A DNA stretch of 64,000 nt from an uncultured Bacilli bacterium (GCA_949505625.1 CATBQD010000005.1:3046-67045); one strand, 5' to 3'; positions 19,541 through 30,819 are shown, numbered from the stretch's first letter. Notes: generated by a model from the sequence alone, not told the origin. Numbers and translations are program-made.

Positions 19541-19569
19541 ATTTTTCTCTTATAGAAAAAGAAAGAATT

Positions 19570-20292
19570 TTAGTCTTCCTTTTTCCCTTTCTTTTGTTTT
19601 TCTAACTGATCCATTATATAGTCTAATTTTTCTTCTACTCTTTTATTTTGAAAGTAATTTACAATTAAAATGATACTTATTCCAATTGTTATAAATATAA
19701 AGTTCCATAAAATGTTTGAAGTGTCTACGCCTTTTTTATCTCCTGAAGTATTAAAAACTTCTTCATCTAGACTTCCATCGCTTGGGTTTATATAACCTTC
19801 ACTATCAGCATTTTTTATTGCTTCTTCTATTATATTGTTTTTATTTTTGTTTTCATATTCTTCCATTATTGCTTTTTTAATTTTATCATCATATAAATCA
19901 GCATAACCTGTAAAATATTGATCTCCGATAACAATAAAAGGAACTCCACCTACTTCAACTTCTAAAGTTTTTGAAAAACCATTTAATAATGGAAAATTAT
20001 CGGCATCTTGCCATACCTCATAAGAAACAACTCTAAAATATTTACCATACTCTGGAACTATTTCATTGAGGAACATTAAAAAGCTTCGACAATATCCGCA
20101 TCCATTTCCTCTAAATAAATATATAATGGCTTGATCTTCTGTTTCTTTATAACCATCTAAGTTATGTTCTATTCCCTCTTCTGTTAATACCTCTTCTAGA
20201 TTTTTAGAATGATATAAACTTTCTTCTGCTTTTGCTTGCCATGGAAATAATAATACCATTGCAATTAATAAAAATAATATTTTCTTTTTCAT
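19570..20292 (-). CDS. secreted/membrane-anchored thioredoxin-fold protein (glutaredoxin-like CGYC motif)
   Basis: signal peptide, CGYC redox motif, C-terminal TM helix. Confidence 0.5.
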   Translation of the reverse strand: MKKKILFLLIAMVLLFPWQAKAEESLYHSKNLEEVLTEEGIEHNLDGYKETEDQAIIYLFRGNGCGYCRSFLMFLNEIVPEYGKYFRVVSYEVWQDADNFPLLNGFSKTLEVEVGGVPFIVIGDQYFTGYADLYDDKIKKAIMEEYENKNKNNIIEEAIKNADSEGYINPSDGSLDEEVFNTSGDKKGVDTSNILWNFIFITIGISIILIVNYFQNKRVEEKLDYIMDQLEKQKKGKKED

Positions 20293-20374
20293 AAACTCAC
20301 TCCATAAAGATTATAATTGTTTATGCCGAAAAAGTCAAAGGATTTACAAAACCTTCACAATTCTTTCAAATATA

Positions 20375-21061
20375 CTAGGCTCTACTACACTCTTCTATAA
20401 ATTCTTCAAATATAGGAGTCATTGTTTCCATAAATTCTGGATGCCATTTAATTCCTATTACAAATCTTTTATTTTCTAGTTCTACTGCTTCTACTGTACC
20501 ATCGATTGGACATGTAGCAACGACTTTATAACCTTTAATTTCATTCTTATTAGCAATACATGTATGAATACTATTGACTTTAATTTTTTCTGTTTTTAAA
20601 ATTTTAAATAATTTAGAATTTTCTACTATTTCTACGTCATGCGCAATTCTAGATCCAAATTGATTGTGAAAAGTACTTTCATCAATATGAACCGTTCCAT
20701 CTAGCGCTCTAATCAAATTATTAAATCCTGAACAAATCCCCATAATTGGAATGTCTTTTTCTATACAAAGCTTGGCGATTTCTTCTTCATATTGATTACT
20801 AACTAATCCACCTTCTAGTATAACACCATCTACCTTTTCAAGTATTAATTCCAATCCTTCAATATCTTCTGTTGTCAGACTATTTTGATCTATTTCTTCA
20901 TCTGTTTTAAAATCTATTTTTTTCTCTGTTGGAAGAATTCCAATCGCCAAAGCATTATTTTTAGATAGAACATACCGAATATCATCAACAATTTCCATAT
21001 AATGCCACATATCAGTCGAAAATGATGGCTTTCCAACAATCCCAATAATTGGTTTCTTCAT
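20375..21061 (-). CDS. class I glutamine amidotransferase-like protein (peptidase C26 / gamma-glutamyl hydrolase family)
   Basis: GICSGFNNL nucleophile elbow, HPEF. Confidence 0.7.
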   Translation of the reverse strand: MKKPIIGIVGKPSFSTDMWHYMEIVDDIRYVLSKNNALAIGILPTEKKIDFKTDEEIDQNSLTTEDIEGLELILEKVDGVILEGGLVSNQYEEEIAKLCIEKDIPIMGICSGFNNLIRALDGTVHIDESTFHNQFGSRIAHDVEIVENSKLFKILKTEKIKVNSIHTCIANKNEIKGYKVVATCPIDGTVEAVELENKRFVIGIKWHPEFMETMTPIFEEFIEECSRA

Positions 21062-21117
21062 AAAATCTACTCCTTATCTTTGTAATATTATAATTCTTGT
21101 TTATGAACTGAATATTT

Positions 21118-21354
21118 TCATTCATCCTTATTTACATAACCATATTTTTTAATTTTAATAATTAAATAAATATAGCAAATAAATAATAAGACTGACATAA
21201 TAACTCCAAAAGGCTTTGCAAATTTGAATATTCCTTTTATCATAATCCCAATAAATATAAATTCTAAAAATCCAGCTACAAGTGTAATTAGAATATATTT
21301 TAATATTTTAGGAACTTTTTTACTATTTATTATATCTACAAAAATCAATTCCAC
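21118..21354 (-). CDS. small membrane protein
   Basis: two TM helices. Confidence 0.35.
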   Translation of the reverse strand: MELIFVDIINSKKVPKILKYILITLVAGFLEFIFIGIMIKGIFKFAKPFGVIMSVLLFICYIYLIIKIKKYGYVNKDE

Positions 21355-21384
21355 TTTTCTTATCCTACTTTCGCATTATTATGT

Positions 21385-21741
21385 TTACTTTTCTTTTTTA
21401 TAAATACTTTGGCAAGATTTGCAAGTAATCTTTAATTCATAATCAAAAACTTTTTTATCTAATATCGTAATTAACGGCTCTTTATCTTTTGGACAGCATA
21501 ATCTATTTTTTATGACCACCAATTGTTCATTACAATTTTGGCCTATCTTGCTATCCTCAAAATCTAATAATGCATTTCCCTTACTTCCACAATTACATGT
21601 ATATTCAAGTTCCAACTTGTCATAAGTTGAATAACATAAGTAGCCTATATTTTCTTTACAGTTTCCACAATACATCCATCCCCCATAATTGGTTGCCAAT
21701 GCTGTATTTATTAATTGCTTATTTTTTAATACTCTTACCAT
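21385..21741 (-). CDS. cysteine-rich (multiple CxxC) small protein
   Basis: CGNC, CNCG, CCPKD, CKSC motifs. Confidence 0.4.
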   Translation of the reverse strand: MVRVLKNKQLINTALATNYGGWMYCGNCKENIGYLCYSTYDKLELEYTCNCGSKGNALLDFEDSKIGQNCNEQLVVIKNRLCCPKDKEPLITILDKKVFDYELKITCKSCQSIYKKEK

Positions 21742-21928
21742 AACATTACCTCCTATAAAATTTGAAATAAAATTAGAATCAACAATTTCTTAACAACAAT
21801 ATTATATACCACTTAAAGAATAAAGGTCAAAATAAATGGTGAAAAAATTATTATTTATTAAATAATAGTTTTTTTAAAAAAATTTAGGAAGATAATAAAT
21901 AGGAAAAGGTCAAAAAACTTTCTTATCT

Positions 21929-21958
21929 TAAATAAAAAGAGACTTTTGAAAAGTCTCT
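21929..21958 (-). terminator. intrinsic terminator downstream of tRNA-Met
   Basis: AGAGACTTTTGAAAAGTCTCT hairpin followed by a U-run on the minus strand. Confidence 0.6.
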
Positions 21959-21994
21959 ATCTAAAGTTCGAAAAAATTCGAACATATTTTTCAA

Positions 21995-22071
21995 TGGTAG
22001 CGACGGGGAGATTCGAACTCTCGACCTACTGGGTATGAACCAGTTGCTCTAGCCAACTGAGCTACATCGCC
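21995..22071 (-). tRNA. tRNA-Met (CAU), elongator type
   Basis: GGCGATG-TA-GCTCAGTTGGCTAGAGC-A-ACTGG-TTCATAC-CCAGT-AGGTC-GAGAGTTCGAATCTCCC-CGTCGCT-ACCA; close to the B. subtilis elongator tRNA-Met. Confidence 0.85.
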
Positions 22072-22139
22072 ATTTGGAACAATATAATAATATCATATTT
22101 ATGTTTGTTTGACAATACTTTATTATTCCTTTTTTTATT

Positions 22140-22430
22140 TTATTTATTCGAAACATATTTTAATAAATATTCTCCAATTGGGTCACTATCAAATTTTACA
22201 AATCGATTTTCAGTTAACCAACACATTGTGTTTCTTGATTGATGATCTACTTTTACCATTTCTTCTAGATTAAAATCACAGATTACAAATTTTCCTTTCG
22301 GTGTTTCTTTAACAGCCAGAAAACGCAAATTGGTAACAATTAATTGAATTTCTATTTTTTCATTATTAGATTCTATCCAAGCTTGTGTATCAATAACCTC
22401 TATTGTTTCATTATCTTTAAACTCTAACAT
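22140..22430 (-). CDS. hypothetical 96-aa protein
   Basis: ORF only. Confidence 0.4.
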   Translation of the reverse strand: MLEFKDNETIEVIDTQAWIESNNEKIEIQLIVTNLRFLAVKETPKGKFVICDFNLEEMVKVDHQSRNTMCWLTENRFVKFDSDPIGEYLLKYVSNK

Positions 22431-22461
22431 TTAGTATCACCATTCTAAGTATAACATGAAG

Positions 22462-23244
22462 TCACTCGAAAAACAACTGAAATAATTTCGCTGCAGTTAC
22501 TTCAAAAAATGGAGCACGATAGATAAATCTTGGTCTTTTATTATCAATTGCCTCACATATTTTATTACTAATAGAGATTAAATTTTTCTTAGACATTTTT
22601 AATATCATCTTATCTTGTAAACGAAGAAATTCTATCATATTATTAAAATATGCTTCATTTTCTATTTCTGGATATTTATTTTCTAACATTACTTGATTGA
22701 ATCCAGTTTTATATAAGCCTGGTTCTATTAAACTGATTGTAACTGGAATCTTTGCTTCTAATAATTCTAGTTTTAAACATTCTGCCCATTTTATTAAGCT
22801 TGCTTTTGTTGAACAATAACTGCCTAAAAATGGAATCGGCATAATTCCTGCCAAAGATGCCATTAAAATAACTTTTCCAGATTTCCGTTCAATCATTTTG
22901 TTTAAAATATATTGTAATAATTCTAGATTTGCAAACACATTTGTTTCATAGTTTTCTCTTACTCTATCAATATCCATATTGATAATACTTCCACCCATAC
23001 CTATTGCTGCATTCGCAATATAAATATCAATATCTAATAAATCTAATTGCTTGTAATCATCTTTATTTTGAATATCTAGTTTCAAACAAGTAATATGTAA
23101 TTCTTCTGCATATTTTTTTTGAATTCGTACCAATTCATTTTCTGTATGTACAGATACATAAATATGATAATTTTTGTTTAGTAACTGCTCAATTACCTGA
23201 TGTATAATTCCGCTTCTTGCTCCTGTTATCAAAATCGTCTTCAT
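22462..23244 (-). CDS. SDR-family short-chain dehydrogenase/reductase
   Basis: ITGARSGII Rossmann motif, YCSTK catalytic YxxxK. Confidence 0.85.
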   Translation of the reverse strand: MKTILITGARSGIIHQVIEQLLNKNYHIYVSVHTENELVRIQKKYAEELHITCLKLDIQNKDDYKQLDLLDIDIYIANAAIGMGGSIINMDIDRVRENYETNVFANLELLQYILNKMIERKSGKVILMASLAGIMPIPFLGSYCSTKASLIKWAECLKLELLEAKIPVTISLIEPGLYKTGFNQVMLENKYPEIENEAYFNNMIEFLRLQDKMILKMSKKNLISISNKICEAIDNKRPRFIYRAPFFEVTAAKLFQLFFE

Positions 23245-23262
23245 AAAAAATCACCAGTATTA

Positions 23263-24105
23263 TTATTTACTGGTGTTTTTATTATTATAACATTCTATTA
23301 CATTTTTTAATAACATTGTAACGGTCATTGGACCAACTCCTCCAGGAACAGGTGTAATATAAGATGCTTTTTTTTCTACTTCATCAAAGTTAACATCTCC
23401 ATATAATTTTTCACCTTCTCTTGTAATTCCTACATCAATAATTATTGCGTCCTCTTTTATCATGTCAGCAGTAATCAAATGTTTTCTTCCAGCAGCTACG
23501 ATCAAAATATCTGCTAATTTTGTAAATTCTTTTAAATTTTCTGTTTTAGAATGACAAACGGTCACTGTTGCATCTTTTTTTAGGAGAAGCTGCGCTAATG
23601 GTTTTCCCACCAAATTACTTCTTCCTACTACAACAACATGCTTCCCACTTACTTCAATTTCTTTTTGCTTTAATAATTCCATAACTGCTAAAGGAGTACA
23701 TGGAATAAAACATTTTCGATTGTTATAAAACCGTGCAATACTTTTATCTGTTAAACCATCTACATCTTTTGATACATCAATCGCATTAATAATTCTTTTT
23801 GTGCTCATTCCACTTGGAAGTGGTAACTGTACAATAATACCATCAATATATTCATCGTTATTAAGCTCTACAATTTTATTAATGATTTCTCTTTCACTAG
23901 TATCAAAAGCATACTGAAATAATCTGAAATTCATGCCTATTTCATTAGCCGCTTTTGCTTTTCCTCTAATATAAGCATTACTAGCTGGGTCTTCTCCTAT
24001 TTGAATTACCGCTAAACTTGGTTTTATCATACATGTTTTTACTTTTGAAGAAAGTTCATCTTTAATTTGTTTACTAATTTCTTTTCCATCTATTATTTGA
24101 CTCAT
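23263..24105 (-). CDS. folD: bifunctional methylene-THF dehydrogenase/methenyl-THF cyclohydrolase
   Basis: conserved FolD motifs incl. PVPGGVGPMTV. Confidence 0.9.
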   Translation of the reverse strand: MSQIIDGKEISKQIKDELSSKVKTCMIKPSLAVIQIGEDPASNAYIRGKAKAANEIGMNFRLFQYAFDTSEREIINKIVELNNDEYIDGIIVQLPLPSGMSTKRIINAIDVSKDVDGLTDKSIARFYNNRKCFIPCTPLAVMELLKQKEIEVSGKHVVVVGRSNLVGKPLAQLLLKKDATVTVCHSKTENLKEFTKLADILIVAAGRKHLITADMIKEDAIIIDVGITREGEKLYGDVNFDEVEKKASYITPVPGGVGPMTVTMLLKNVIECYNNKNTSK

Positions 24106-24228
24106 AAAATCACCTCTATGTGCTTTATCTTTCTTATCATCATTATATCATTAATAAAAGTGAAAAAAAATATTTTTTGACAGAGTTTACATTTTGAGTG
24201 TAAAAAAAGCATCTTTTGATGCTTTTTA

Positions 24229-24768
24229 TTAATAGTTTGTAGCTCTTAACTCAAAATATGCTTGTGGGTGAGCACAGATTGGACAAACTTCAGGTGCTTT
24301 TTCTCCAAAATGAACATGTCCACAATTACGACATACCCACATCATTTTTTCTCCTTTTTCAAATACTTTGCCTTCTTTGATGTTTGCTAATAACGCTTTA
24401 TATCTTTCTTCATGTTCCTTTTCAATTTTTGCAACCCCTTCGAAAAGGAATGCAATTTTATCAAATCCTTCTTCATGTGCTACTTTGGCAAACTCTGCAT
24501 ACATTTCTGTCCATTCATAGTTTTCTCCATTAGCAGCATCTTCTAAGTTTTCAATTGTTGATGGAACTTCGTCCTCATGTAATAGTTTAAACCACATTTT
24601 AGCATGTTCTTTTTCATTTTTTGCTGTTTCTTCAAAAATAGCTGCGATTTGTTCATATCCTTCTTTTTTGGCCTTTGATGCATAATAAGTATATTTATTT
24701 CTTGCTTGGCTTTCTCCAGCAAAAGCCGCCATTAAGTTTTGTTCTGTTTTTGATCCTTTTAAATTCAT
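24229..24768 (-). CDS. rbr: rubrerythrin
   Basis: ferritin-like ExxH pairs plus C-terminal rubredoxin CRNCG…CPIC. Confidence 0.9.
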   Translation of the reverse strand: MNLKGSKTEQNLMAAFAGESQARNKYTYYASKAKKEGYEQIAAIFEETAKNEKEHAKMWFKLLHEDEVPSTIENLEDAANGENYEWTEMYAEFAKVAHEEGFDKIAFLFEGVAKIEKEHEERYKALLANIKEGKVFEKGEKMMWVCRNCGHVHFGEKAPEVCPICAHPQAYFELRATNY

Positions 24769-25220
24769 ATTTCTTCCTTCTTTCTACATTGTTTACAAAT
24801 ACCAGTAAACAACAATTCATGAGATAGTATTCTATTACCACTAGTTTGTTCAAAAGTTTGCTCTAAACCATAAAACATATCTATTTTTAAATCAATAATC
24901 TTTTTACATTTAAAACAATACATATGATCATGAGGCTCTATTTTATCATAATGGGCTTCATTACCTATATTTGATATTTTTCGTATATAACCAATTTCCA
25001 CAAGTTGATTCAGATTACGATAAACAGTGCCTAAACTAATATTTGGAATTTGCTTTCTCACATCCATATAAATTGTTTCTACTGTTGGATGATCATAGGA
25101 ATTCTTGATTCGATTGTAGATACATTCTCGTCTATCAGAATATTTCAATATATCACTTCCTAAATAGTAATGATTACTATTTCTATTTATCATTATAAAT
25201 TTATTTTGAAAATTTGTCAA
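24765..25220 (-). CDS. perR: Fur-family regulator, PerR-like (operon with rubrerythrin)
   Basis: [22 protein letters not shown] motifs. Confidence 0.75.
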   Translation of the reverse strand: MTNFQNKFIMINRNSNHYYLGSDILKYSDRRECIYNRIKNSYDHPTVETIYMDVRKQIPNISLGTVYRNLNQLVEIGYIRKISNIGNEAHYDKIEPHDHMYCFKCKKIIDLKIDMFYGLEQTFEQTSGNRILSHELLFTGICKQCRKKEEI

Positions 25221-25298
25221 TAATTTTCAAACTTATTATTGTTTTATCAAAAATTTTATTTATTTTTATTTTGTGATATGATAAATATAGGTGATTTT

Positions 25299-25634
25299 AT
25301 GATAAATAATATTGGAATTGATATAATAGAAAATGAAAGAATTGAAAAACATATATCAAGTGAATTTATAAATATGGTTCTCACTCAAAATGAAAAAATC
25401 TTATATTTCTCTAAAATTGGACATAAGAAAATTGAATTTTTATGTGGAAGATTTGCTGCTAAAGAAGCAATTATAAAAGCTGTTAATCATTTGGAAAATC
25501 CTCATTTTTTAGATATTGAAATTTTATCACAAAAAAATGGCGCTCCAATCGCCACTTTTAAAAATTATAAACTAATAGTATCAATTGCCCATGAAAAACA
25601 TTATACAATTGCGCAAGCTATTCTTTTAAACTAG
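25299..25634 (+). CDS. acpS: holo-[acyl-carrier-protein] synthase
   Basis: MINNIGIDIIENERI … GRFAAKEA; the ORF-finder start at 25239 is probably too early. Confidence 0.8.
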   Translation: MINNIGIDIIENERIEKHISSEFINMVLTQNEKILYFSKIGHKKIEFLCGRFAAKEAIIKAVNHLENPHFLDIEILSQKNGAPIATFKNYKLIVSIAHEKHYTIAQAILLN

Positions 25635-25638
25635 TATG

Positions 25639-26559
25639 TTAATTGACTAGTTTATTTTTTATAATTTCATAAATATGTTTTGCATCTAATCCATTCATCT
25701 CTAATAATTGTTTATGTGTTCCATAACCAGTTGCAAAACAATCTTCAAGTCCTATTTTTATCAATTTTGTTGACAAGTTATTTTCGGCAATGATATCAGC
25801 AATACTACTTCCAACTCCGCCAATTTTATTATGTTCTTCTACTGAAAAAATAACATGATTCTTTTTGCATTCTGCTATAACAGATTGTTGATCAAATGGT
25901 TTGATAGTTGAAACATTAACAACTTCTATTTCAATTCCTTCTTCTTTTAATTTATGAATTGCTTCTAACACTTCACTTATAATGCTTCCTGTTACAAAGA
26001 CAGCTGCTCTATTTCCGGTTTTAATTATATTGTTTTTTCCAAGTTCAAAAGAAGCCTCACCATCATAAATTTCGATTTCATTACTCATTCCCATCCGAAT
26101 ATAAACTGGCCCTTTGATTTGATATGCTGCATTTACACAACATTCTAACTCCTTTGGAGAACAAGGAGACAAAATAGTTAAATTTGGAATTGCTTTTAAG
26201 GCTGCAATATCTTCTGTTGTGTGATGTGTAGAACCGAGTGTTGACCAAGAAAGTCCACAACCCATTCCAACCAGTTTTACATTTTGGTTTTGAAGACACA
26301 CATCATTTCTAATAAATTCATAAGAACGATAAGCAAGAAAGGCACTAGTAGTATATACGAACGGGGTCTTACCACAACTAGCTAAACCAGCTGCTGCTCC
26401 GATTTTATTATTTTCGCTAATACCAAAATTAATAACTTGATCAGGAAATTCCCTAGCAATCATTTCATCATAGTCTGTTCCACTATCAGATAAACAGGAA
26501 ATCACATTTTTATCACTTTTTAATAATTTATATAATGAATTTACATAACTTTTCTGCAT
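25639..26559 (-). CDS. transketolase, C-terminal (pyrimidine-binding) subunit
   Basis: typical two-gene split tkt; overlaps the N-terminal subunit gene by 19 nt. Confidence 0.9.
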   Translation of the reverse strand: MQKSYVNSLYKLLKSDKNVISCLSDSGTDYDEMIAREFPDQVINFGISENNKIGAAAGLASCGKTPFVYTTSAFLAYRSYEFIRNDVCLQNQNVKLVGMGCGLSWSTLGSTHHTTEDIAALKAIPNLTILSPCSPKELECCVNAAYQIKGPVYIRMGMSNEIEIYDGEASFELGKNNIIKTGNRAAVFVTGSIISEVLEAIHKLKEEGIEIEVVNVSTIKPFDQQSVIAECKKNHVIFSVEEHNKIGGVGSSIADIIAENNLSTKLIKIGLEDCFATGYGTHKQLLEMNGLDAKHIYEIIKNKLVN

Positions 26560-27374
26560 GCTGTAATTTCCTCCTCACTAATGCCTAATTCTGCCATAAA
26601 TGTCTTTAGTTCTCTTTTGTTAGGAAGTCTCCAATGCCATCTTGGATCATTCTCTATAATTGATACACCTTTTCCTTTTATTGTATTTGCTAAGATTACA
26701 AGTGGTCTATCTGTTTCGTTTCCTTTTAAAAATACTTGATCTAATGCATCTACATCATGCCCATCCACTTCTTCTACTACCCATCCAAATGCCTCAAAGC
26801 GTTCTTTCCAAGAATGAATTCCCATTACATTTTCTATTGAGCCCATTTTTTGGATTTTATTACAATCTACAATCGCAATTAGATTATTTAGATGTTGATG
26901 TGCTGCGAACATAACCGCTTCCCATATTGTTCCTTCTTCGCATTCCCCATCACCTAATAATACGTATATTTTTTCTTTTTTTTGATCAATCTTTTTTGCC
27001 AAGGCCATTCCTACTCCGAGCGATAATCCATGACCTAAAGAACCTGTAGTAGCTTCAATGCCTGGAATATTTGGTATACAAGGTTCTCCGCCTAATACGC
27101 TTCCTGGCTTGCAAAATGAGTTTAAAAAGTTCAAATCAAAATATCCAACATAATAAAGCATTGTATAAAGTGCTAAACTACCATGACCTTTACTTAATAT
27201 AAGACGATCACGATTCTCTAAATTTGGTTTTCTCGAATCATAATTTAAGTTTTGGTGTACATATAAGCTATACAAAATTTCAACGATTGAAAAGGCTGAA
27301 GCAATATGCGCTATATTAACAGAATAACCTGTTAAAAATATTTGTTTTCGTAATTTTCTCAATTCTTGTTCCAT
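26541..27374 (-). CDS. transketolase, N-terminal (TPP-binding) subunit
   Basis: GHGSLALY, GSLGHGLSLGVGMA, GDGECEEG. Confidence 0.9.
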   Translation of the reverse strand: MEQELRKLRKQIFLTGYSVNIAHIASAFSIVEILYSLYVHQNLNYDSRKPNLENRDRLILSKGHGSLALYTMLYYVGYFDLNFLNSFCKPGSVLGGEPCIPNIPGIEATTGSLGHGLSLGVGMALAKKIDQKKEKIYVLLGDGECEEGTIWEAVMFAAHQHLNNLIAIVDCNKIQKMGSIENVMGIHSWKERFEAFGWVVEEVDGHDVDALDQVFLKGNETDRPLVILANTIKGKGVSIIENDPRWHWRLPNKRELKTFMAELGISEEEITACRKVM

Positions 27375-27383
27375 AAGTTTCTC

Positions 27384-28229
27384 CTATCCAAATAATGTGA
27401 TTGTTTCTGAATCAAGCCCTGAACCACCTAGATATGGCATTTCATTTAACAATTTCATATCTTCGCTTGATATCTCAAAATCAAATACATTTAAATTATT
27501 TTTCATTCGTTCCAAGTTTTTACTTTTAGGAAGAGGCAAAACTCCATTCTGTAAACACCATTTTATACAAAGCTGTGCTATAGTAATTTGATATTTATTT
27601 GCGATCTCTTCTAATTCTTTAATTTTTAACATTTTCCCTGAACCAAGTGGACTCCACGCTTCTACTAAAATTCCTTTGTCCTCACAATATTTTCTAATTT
27701 CTTCCTGATTTTGTCCTATATGCATTTCTACTTGGTTTACCATTGGTATAATTGTAGCACTTTTCAGTAACTCTTCTAATTGATTTACTTTAAAATTACA
27801 AACACCTATTGCTTTCACAAGTCCTTCTTGATACAAATATTCCATTGCTTTCCAAGTTTCTTCATTAATTTTTTCCCAGTCCTTGTGAACAGCTTTCGAT
27901 GCTGGCCAATGAATCAAATACAAATCTAAATATTCACAATCTAGATTTTCTATTGTTTTTTTACACGCTTTTATAGTACTTTCATATCCACGATCTTCAT
28001 TCCATAATTTTCCACTTATAAAAATTTCTTTTCTAGAAATTCCAGATTTTTTTAGACCTGCACCAATCATTTGTTCATTTCCATATGCAAAAGCTGTATC
28101 AAATAGACGATACCCACACTTTACTGCATTCTCAATAATCTCAATTGTTTCTTCTTTATTCTTTAGTCTCCAAGTTCCATATCCTATCAAAGGAATTCTT
28201 TGACTATTTGACAGTTCATAATAATCCAT
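27384..28229 (-). CDS. aldo/keto reductase
   Basis: YRLFDTAFAYGNE, LIHWP. Confidence 0.85.
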   Translation of the reverse strand: MDYYELSNSQRIPLIGYGTWRLKNKEETIEIIENAVKCGYRLFDTAFAYGNEQMIGAGLKKSGISRKEIFISGKLWNEDRGYESTIKACKKTIENLDCEYLDLYLIHWPASKAVHKDWEKINEETWKAMEYLYQEGLVKAIGVCNFKVNQLEELLKSATIIPMVNQVEMHIGQNQEEIRKYCEDKGILVEAWSPLGSGKMLKIKELEEIANKYQITIAQLCIKWCLQNGVLPLPKSKNLERMKNNLNVFDFEISSEDMKLLNEMPYLGGSGLDSETITLFG

Positions 28230-29353
28230 TATTCTTCTCCATTCATTATCTTAGTAATTGTTTCTTTTGTTAAATCTACTTGATCATTCCAATTTGGTAA
28301 TAATCTGTTCCAAGAATCATATTTTTTATCATTTCTTCTATCAGGTAAATTATAGTGTTCTTTTAAATATTGAGTTAAAAAATCAGTATATTTATCTGCT
28401 CCAAATATATTTACATGATTTTCATTATAAAAATCAGTATCAAAATTTAATTGCATTTCTTTATTATAGTCATTTGCATCTAAGAAATCAAAGCCTGCTT
28501 CTTTTACTTTTCTTTCTACGAAATTAAAATTCTCTTTATGAGCTTCTGTTTCTTCATAAGGTGAAACAATAAATAAATATTTATGATTTGTTGTTTTCAA
28601 AAATGTCAAAAGCTCATCTAATATTTTTACTGTATCTTCTTCCATTGGAGTTACTTTATCTGTTTTAAATTCATATTCTACAATTGAATCTACTTTCGGC
28701 ACAAAGTAGAACCCTTTAAGCGGATTTTCGTATAAATGAAGCATTTTCTTTACTGCTGCACGATAATCAACCCCTGCTAAACTTCGATGATATTTTATAA
28801 TATCAAAATGATAAGACAATGTATCTTCTTTCAATATTTTTGGCACATATTTTTCAATAAATTCTGCTTTTTCTAATGAAAATGGGGTGCCTGTAAGAAA
28901 GTTACGATAAGCTACTTCTGTTGGCGGCTGATCTTTATCCCTGTATTGAAAAGCTCTGGCATCTATTATAATAATTTCTGGATTTTGATACTTTAATACC
29001 TCTTTCACTAAATAAATATAAGCTTCTGCTTGTATTGTATTAGCTCCAAAATTATAAGAGGCAATTCCTTCCTTCTCATAAGAACGTAGGGGTTCCCAAT
29101 AGACAAAATTGGCACTTCCTCCAATATATACCATATCCAATGAATTCTTTTTTTCTCCATAAAATCCTGCAATATTATCTAAATCTACAGAAGAGGGCTT
29201 CAAAATATATGTCAGTGTTGTAAATATAATCATGAATATGATAGCAAATGTAACAATTTTAAAAATTGGAACAATATGTTTTCTTATATTATTCATATTA
29301 AAAACCTCCATAAATAAAATCGCTTGCATTATATCCTGGACCATACGCTCCAT
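28229..29353 (-). CDS. DltD-like / SGNH-type accessory protein of the MBOAT acylation system (membrane-anchored)
   Basis: N-terminal TM, position directly downstream of the MBOAT gene as in dltB-dltD; GGS and ENHVN (DHHW-like) segments; the true start probably lies downstream of the 56-nt overlap. Confidence 0.4.
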   Translation of the reverse strand: MERMVQDIMQAILFMEVFNMNNIRKHIVPIFKIVTFAIIFMIIFTTLTYILKPSSVDLDNIAGFYGEKKNSLDMVYIGGSANFVYWEPLRSYEKEGIASYNFGANTIQAEAYIYLVKEVLKYQNPEIIIIDARAFQYRDKDQPPTEVAYRNFLTGTPFSLEKAEFIEKYVPKILKEDTLSYHFDIIKYHRSLAGVDYRAAVKKMLHLYENPLKGFYFVPKVDSIVEYEFKTDKVTPMEEDTVKILDELLTFLKTTNHKYLFIVSPYEETEAHKENFNFVERKVKEAGFDFLDANDYNKEMQLNFDTDFYNENHVNIFGADKYTDFLTQYLKEHYNLPDRRNDKKYDSWNRLLPNWNDQVDLTKETITKIMNGEE

Positions 29354-30815
29354 ATATCAAAATTAAAGAGATTATGATAAATAATGTGATCCATCGAAAC
29401 CATAAGTTTTGCTTTGAAAACCAATCTAAAACATTTATATTTTTATATTTTAAATAATCCACAACTATTACAATAAAACTTGCGAATAATATAATTGCTG
29501 GTAATTGTGGAAGCTCGTATTGCAATCCAGCACGTGGCAATTTAAAAATGTTTTTAATAATTATTAAGCTAGACCCTAAATTCGGAGCACAGGCAAATAA
29601 CCAAATAAAACACATTAATAAGAATGTTCTAAATGACTGAAATAAACGAAAACTAAAACAATCAGTTGTCATTTGCAATTTTTTTGTAATATAATGAATC
29701 TTTTCTTCAAATATTTCGCCCATTGTTAAATAAATCCAAGGAAGAATTCCAGCTGCAAAAATATATTTATAAGAAGCTCCATGCCACAATCCAATTAAAA
29801 ACCATAATATAAAAATTGATAATAATGTCGGAATTCTCTTTCCAATCTTTTTCCCAAATTTATTTTTACACTTTTTACCTAATTTTTGAAAAAAGGAAGA
29901 TTTTAATAATGGATACATAATATAGTCCTTTGCCCAGACTCCTAGGGATATATGCCATCTTCTCCAAAATTCAGATAAATTTTTGGAAAAGAATGGACTT
30001 TCAAAGTTCTCTATCAGCGTAATTCCATACATTTTAGAAGCTCCATTTACAATATCCATACATCCAGAAAAATCTGCATATATTTGTACAGCATATAACA
30101 TTACAGCAATAATAATATAGTACCCAGTGAAATCATTATATTGAGAAAAAACTTGTCTTACAAAAGGAGCTAATAAATCCGCAATCACTAATTTTTTCAT
30201 CAAACCATACATAATTCGATAGAACCCTTGAAATAAATTATTCCAGTCAAAATTTTTTGGTTCAAAAAACTCTTTCTTCATATCATTGTATCTTACAAAT
30301 GGTCCAGAAATCATAATTGGATAATAACTTGCAAATAATGCGTACTTTAATATATTTTTTTGTGGCTCATAGGCGCCCCTATAAACATCAATTACATACC
30401 CAGTTAAAGATAATGTATAATATGAAAGTCCTAATGGAGCTAATAAAGATAGTGTTCCAAAATGAAAATTCATATGAAATAAATTTCCGAATGCATTTAA
30501 AGTAATTGGAAAAATATTAATATATTTTAACACACATAAAATTGATAAAATTGAAAACAAAGTTACAAATAACGTTAATTTCTTTTTCTTTTCTGTTCTA
30601 CACCTATTGTATAAATAATTTGTACCAATATAAGTTGTTAAAATCCCAAATAATAAATACAACAACAATTTCCACTCACATGATAATAAAAAAAACAAAA
30701 TACTTGCAATTAGTAAAATTCCCCATCTATATTTTTTAGGGCAGACATAATAGCAAATAACTGTTATTAATAAAAATATTAAAAACGAAAATGACACAAT
30801 TGACATCTCTCTCAC
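29298..30815 (-). CDS. MBOAT-family membrane O-acyltransferase (DltB/AlgI-like)
   Basis: WRRWHISLGVW and LWHGASYKYI (conserved His) motifs; 505 aa polytopic. Confidence 0.85.
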   Translation of the reverse strand: MREMSIVSFSFLIFLLITVICYYVCPKKYRWGILLIASILFFLLSCEWKLLLYLLFGILTTYIGTNYLYNRCRTEKKKKLTLFVTLFSILSILCVLKYINIFPITLNAFGNLFHMNFHFGTLSLLAPLGLSYYTLSLTGYVIDVYRGAYEPQKNILKYALFASYYPIMISGPFVRYNDMKKEFFEPKNFDWNNLFQGFYRIMYGLMKKLVIADLLAPFVRQVFSQYNDFTGYYIIIAVMLYAVQIYADFSGCMDIVNGASKMYGITLIENFESPFFSKNLSEFWRRWHISLGVWAKDYIMYPLLKSSFFQKLGKKCKNKFGKKIGKRIPTLLSIFILWFLIGLWHGASYKYIFAAGILPWIYLTMGEIFEEKIHYITKKLQMTTDCFSFRLFQSFRTFLLMCFIWLFACAPNLGSSLIIIKNIFKLPRAGLQYELPQLPAIILFASFIVIVVDYLKYKNINVLDWFSKQNLWFRWITLFIIISLILIYGAYGPGYNASDFIYGGF

Positions 30816-30819
30816 TCCA

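Noticed and set aside
25639-27374. Transketolase encoded as two overlapping genes
   Set aside because: Not a pseudogene; the N-terminal/C-terminal two-subunit arrangement is the normal form in many anaerobic Firmicutes and archaea, and both parts are intact.
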